From: Chiloscyllium plagiosum
Lineage: Eukaryota
Length of the DNA: 50,516 bases
Assembly: GCF_004010195.1 (NCBI RefSeq)
Contig: NC_057754.1
Location: forward strand, 7,300,871 to 7,351,386
Direction of reading: 5' to 3'
In this document: in pieces, positions 46,477-50,516 of the stretch
Position numbering within the stretch: position 1 is the first letter of the stretch
How the letters are laid out: every line of letters starts with the position of its first letter
Notes under the pieces: generated by a model
Databases searched by the model: none
The model's input: the letters and a program-made list of their open reading frames with translations, nothing else
What the model was told of the DNA's origin: nothing
Program-made: the position numbers and the translations under genes

Positions 46477-47177
46477 CTATGGGGAGAGTGTGGGGCAGTG
46501 GGATTAGTTTGGGGATTGGTACAGAGCTATGGAGAGAGAGTGGGGCAGTGGGATTAGTTTGGGATTGATTTAGGACTATGGGGAGAGAGTGGGGCAGTGG
46601 GATTAGTTTGGGGATTGATGGAGTGCTATGGGGAGAGAGTGGGACCGTGGGATTAGTTTGGGATTGATTTCGGGCTATGGGGAGAAATCGGGGCAGTGGG
46701 ATTAGTTTGGAGAATGATACAGGGCTATGGGGAGAGTGTGAGGCAGTGGGATTAGTTTGGGATTGATGTAGGGCTATGGGGAGAAAGTGGGGCAGATAGA
46801 TTAGTTTGGAGAATGATACGGGGCCATGCAGAGAGAGTGGGGCAGTGAAACTAGTTTAGGGATTAATAAAGGGGCTGAAAGGGAGGCAGAAGTGTTAATT
46901 ATAAGCCGGAAGTGGAGCTGATATGAAGAAACTGTTCCTCACTCAAGGGAGAGTGGAAATTTGGGACTCAGTCACCCCCACTACAAAACTAGATACCAGG
47001 TGTGAATTCAAACATTCGTGGCTGATAAAATAGTTGTAGGGTTCGGATATCAAGAGAAACGGGATCTGAGATGAACAGAGATTGGTTAGAGGTTAACCAC
47101 CATCTTGTTTAAGGGAAGGTACCAGTGTGTTTCACTGCTGCTCTGAATAGGGCCCCGTAAAGATCAGCAAGACTGCC

Positions 47178-48362
47178 TATGTGTGGAACTGCAGGAGATG
47201 GGGAGATACTAAATGAGTGTTTTGCTTCAGTAGTTACTGTGGAGAAAGATATGGAAGATAGAGAACTTGGGGAAATGGATGGTGACATCTTGAAAAATAT
47301 CCAAATTATAGAGGAGGAGGTGCTGGATGTCTTAAAACGCATGAAGGTGGATAAATCCCTGGGACCTGATCAGGTGTACCCTGGAACTTTGTGGGAAGCC
47401 AGGGAAGTGATTGCTGGGCCCCTCGCTGAGATATTTGTATCGATAGTCACAACGATCAGTGCTGGGTCCACTACTTTTTGTCATTTATACAAATGATTTG
47501 GATGTAAACATAGGAGATACGGTTAGTAAGTTTACCAATAACACCAAAATTGGTGGTGTAGTCAACAGCCAAGAAGGTTACTTCAGAGTCCAAGTGGATG
47601 TTGATCGTATGGGTCGAGGAGTGGTAGATGGAGTTTAATTTGACTAAATGTGAGGTGTTGCATTTTGGAAAGGACTTATACACTTAATGGTAAGCTCCTG
47701 GGTGTATTGATGAACAAAGAGACCTTGGAGTGCAGGTTCCTAGCTCCTTGAAAGTGGAGTCGCAGGTAGACAGGATAGTGAAGAAGGTGTTTGGTATGCT
47801 GGCCTTTATTGGTCAGTGCTTTGAGTACAGGAATTGAGTGGTCATCTTGTGGCTCGACAGGACATTGGTTAGGCCACTTTTGGAATATTATGTTCAATTC
47901 TGCTCTAGGAAGGATGCTGTGAAACTTGAAAGGGTTCAGAAAAGATTTACAAGGATGTTGTCAGGGTTGGAGCGTTTGAGCTACAGGGAGAGGCTGAACA
48001 GGCTGGGGCTGTTTTCCCTGGAGGTCAGAGGCTGAGGGGTGACCTTACAGAGGTTTATAAAATCATGAGGGGCATGGATAGGGTGAATAGACAAGGTCTT
48101 TTCCCCCAGGGTAGTGGAGTCCAGAAGTCGAGGGCGTAGGTTTACGATGAGAGGGGAAAGATTTAAAAGGGACCTAAGGGGCAACTTTTTCATGCAGAGG
48201 ATGGTGTGTGTGTGGAATGAGCTGCCAGAGGAAGTGGTGGAGGCTGGTACAATTGCAACATTTAAAAGGCATCTGGATGGGTATATGAATAGGAAGGGTT
48301 TCGATTAATTTTGGATACCTGGTTGGTATGGATGAGTTGGACCAGAGGGTCTGTTTCCATTC
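47178..48362 (+). mobile_element. CR1 ORF2 fragment with internal deletion and 3' end
   Basis: ILNECFASV..KVDKSLGPDQVYP..EVIAGPLAEIF jumps at about 47455 to SVLGPLLF; then LVRPLLEY, DLRGNFFMQRMV. Confidence 0.92.
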
Positions 48363-48549
48363 TACACATAACTCTCAGTGCAGGGGAGGTGTTCCACATA
48401 GCACAGAAAACCACACAGCCTTGATTGGTAAAGAAAATGAGGAGATTACTCCCTCAGTGATCGCTGCCTCTGACCCTCTAACCGGGAATCAATCATCTCA
48501 TTCGAGAAATTTTGCAGAGAAGAATAGGGACTTATATCCACACTTGTTG

Positions 48550-48640
48550 AGAGTGTGTTGCTGGAAAAGCACAGCAGGTCAGGCAGCATCCAAGGAGCAG
48601 GAGAATCGACGTTTCAGATCGGAGTCTTGCATTAGGAATT
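48550..48640 (-). mobile_element. PLE family-A tail fragment
   Basis: gtgtgttgctggaaaagcacagcaggtcaggcagcatccaaggagcaggagaatcgacgtttc. Confidence 0.8.
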
Positions 48641-48762
48641 ATATCCTTATATCCATCCCTCTCCCCTGACCCAATCTGACACATTTACTCCATACAAATT
48701 CTCTTCGACTGGTTTGGTTGTCGTCTGTCCTGCCAGTGTAGACAGGCAGCATTGCTGGAAAA

Positions 48763-48840
48763 GGTCTCATGACACAGTGGGGAGCGTCACGGCCTCAGAG
48801 CTAGGAGCTCTGGGTTCGAGCCCCACTCCAGGACTTGTTA
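48763..48840 (+). mobile_element. Degenerate tRNA-derived SINE head
   Basis: catgacacagtgg...ctgggttcgagccccactccagg (A/B-box-like). Confidence 0.5.
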
Positions 48841-49094
48841 GCCAGGGAAGCTGCGACTTGCCAATCCTTTTAGCCAATGGCAGGCAGGAAGCCAATTTCG
48901 AGGAGATTCCTGATCAGTCGCCTGATAGACAGAAAGTGGAGCACCTAACTCCAGGCGACGGAATGCTCATAAAATCACCGTTACCACGACGACTACAAAT
49001 ACAAAATGGGAAATAGTTAACGGCTCAGGCACCATCTGTGGTGAGAGACATCTCATCCTCTCTCTGTACTCACCCCACAAAAGTCTGCTGGCTA

Positions 49095-49588
49095 GATAAT
49101 AGCACGTGGCCTTTAGTGCAAAGAGAATGGAGTGTAAAATTTTGCTAAGACCATCGTGTTTTAGGCCCTGAAAGATATATTGGCATTGGTGGCAATCCAG
49201 ACACGAGGTTGATACCAGGGTGACGAGAGGTTAAGTAGATTGGGTTTCATGCTCATTGGAGTTTATTAAGAATGAGGCAACATTATTGAAAGAAATAAAT
49301 GATTCTTAAGGGAATGACAGGTTAGATACAGAAAAGTTGGTTCCCTTGAGGGACAGTCCAGGACCAGGGGGTATCATCTCAAAATAAGGGCTTGTAAGAC
49401 AGATGAGGAATTTCTACCTTCAGAGGGTTAATTCCTTACCTCAGAGGGCTGTCGAGGCTGGGTTGTTAAGGCTGAGGCAGTCAGGTTTTTAATCAGAAAG
49501 GGGCATCAAAGATGATTTGAGGACATTCAGATTAACCACAATCCTCATTGATGGGCTGAATGCCCTACCTTTGCTCCTGTTATGGCCT
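49095..49588 (+). mobile_element. Highly degraded CR1 3' end
   Basis: gagaggttaagtagattggg, gatgaggaatttct, and the tail cctttgctcctgttatggcctt. Confidence 0.65.
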
Positions 49589-50057
49589 TACGCCCAGCTG
49601 AGGTTTCCCAGCAGTCTTATCCCTGCAGCACTCCCTGAGTGAGTTGTCGGGGGGAGGATCTGGTTTAATCGCTGAGTCTGTGTTCAGAAGCTCCCCCCAC
49701 TCCCGCGAGTAACACTGACTTCTCCCAGTGTCTGAGACAATGGTCTTGAAAGGAACCGTGCCAGTACACCACAACTGAGTGACACACACACACACCAAAC
49801 TTCAAAGCAGAAACAGAAACCAGCTCCTGTCAAAATCCATACCCACAGCCTCTCAATGATCGGAGGCGTTCCAATTGGACACTGATAGAGGGAGGTTCAA
49901 GGAGAAAGGGGGATGGCTTGTGTCTATCACCAATATTAAGCCAGGAACAAAATTTCCCAAAATCTTCTCCAGAGAGACAGAGATATTGGCGGAGACAACA
50001 AGAGCAGAGGTGAGAACTGTTTATACCATATTCATTGTATATCTACACTCCAGCTGT

Positions 50058-50516
50058 ACTCACTCTGTCTCACTCTCTGTCTCACTCACTCACTCTCTCT
50101 TTCCCTCTGTCTCACTCACTCACTCTCTCTTTCCCTCTGTCTCTCTCACTCTCTCTCTCTGTCCTGGGCTTTATTCTTCTCTCTCTCTCTAGCTCTCTAT
50201 CTCTCTCTCCTTAGCCTGGTGTTTATTCTCTCTCTCTATCTTGGGGTTTATTCTCTCTCTCTCTCTCTCTCTCTCAGAATCTATTCCATTCTCTATCCTG
50301 GTATTTATGCCCTTCCTCTCCGATCCTGGGTTCATTCTCTCTCTGTCTGTCTCTTTGTCTGTCTGTCTATCTCTCTCTATCCTAGTATTTATTCCCTCCC
50401 TCTCTCTATCCTGGGTTTATTTTTTCTCTCTCTCTATCCTGAGGTTTAATTTCTCTCTCTCTATCCTGGGATTTATATTCTCTCTCTCTATCCTGGGAAT
50501 TATATTCTCTCTCTCT
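50058..50516. repeat. CT-rich low-complexity/minisatellite tract
   Basis: (CT)n runs interleaved with atcctggg(a/t)ttat motifs. Confidence 0.85.

Larger units (their letters stand above)
44776..46862 (+). repeat. 49-bp G-rich minisatellite, homogeneous to about 46020 and diverged after
   Basis: Unit agtttgggaattgatacagggctatggggagagagcagggcagcggatt (e.g. starts at 45121 and 45170). Confidence 0.96.

Noticed and set aside
34092..46862. CRISPR-like appearance of the two tandem arrays
   Set aside because: No unique spacers, no cas genes, and a eukaryotic context.

Overview
Repeat-dominated vertebrate genomic DNA, most likely from a shark (inferred from HE1/V-SINE copies and the CR1 and Penelope families present). 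It has nine N gaps; two are exactly 500 N and are probably scaffold joins. No intact host gene is evident. Most of the window is decayed retroelements: many CR1 LINE fragments (one keeps its ORF1 zinc finger/esterase and APE region), Neptune- and Poseidon-type Penelope-like elements (PLEs), a Tx1-clade 3' fragment, an internally deleted Gypsy element, solo LTRs and V-SINEs. There are also a 5.3-kb 19-bp satellite with a 304-bp higher-order repeat and a 2-kb G-rich 49-bp minisatellite. Two things stand out that the ORF track does not show. (1) A minus-strand beta-defensin-like mature-peptide exon at 2234-2361 has a strong phase-1 acceptor, six Cys in C-x6-C-x4-C-x10-C-x5-CC, one in-frame stop and a downstream AATAAA. 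Several much weaker defensin-like remnants on the same strand hint at a decayed cluster. (2) At least three families of minimal type-I hammerhead ribozymes are carried by PLEs and by short inverted-repeat PLE derivatives, some with intact catalytic cores. All calls were made by eye, with no database searches.
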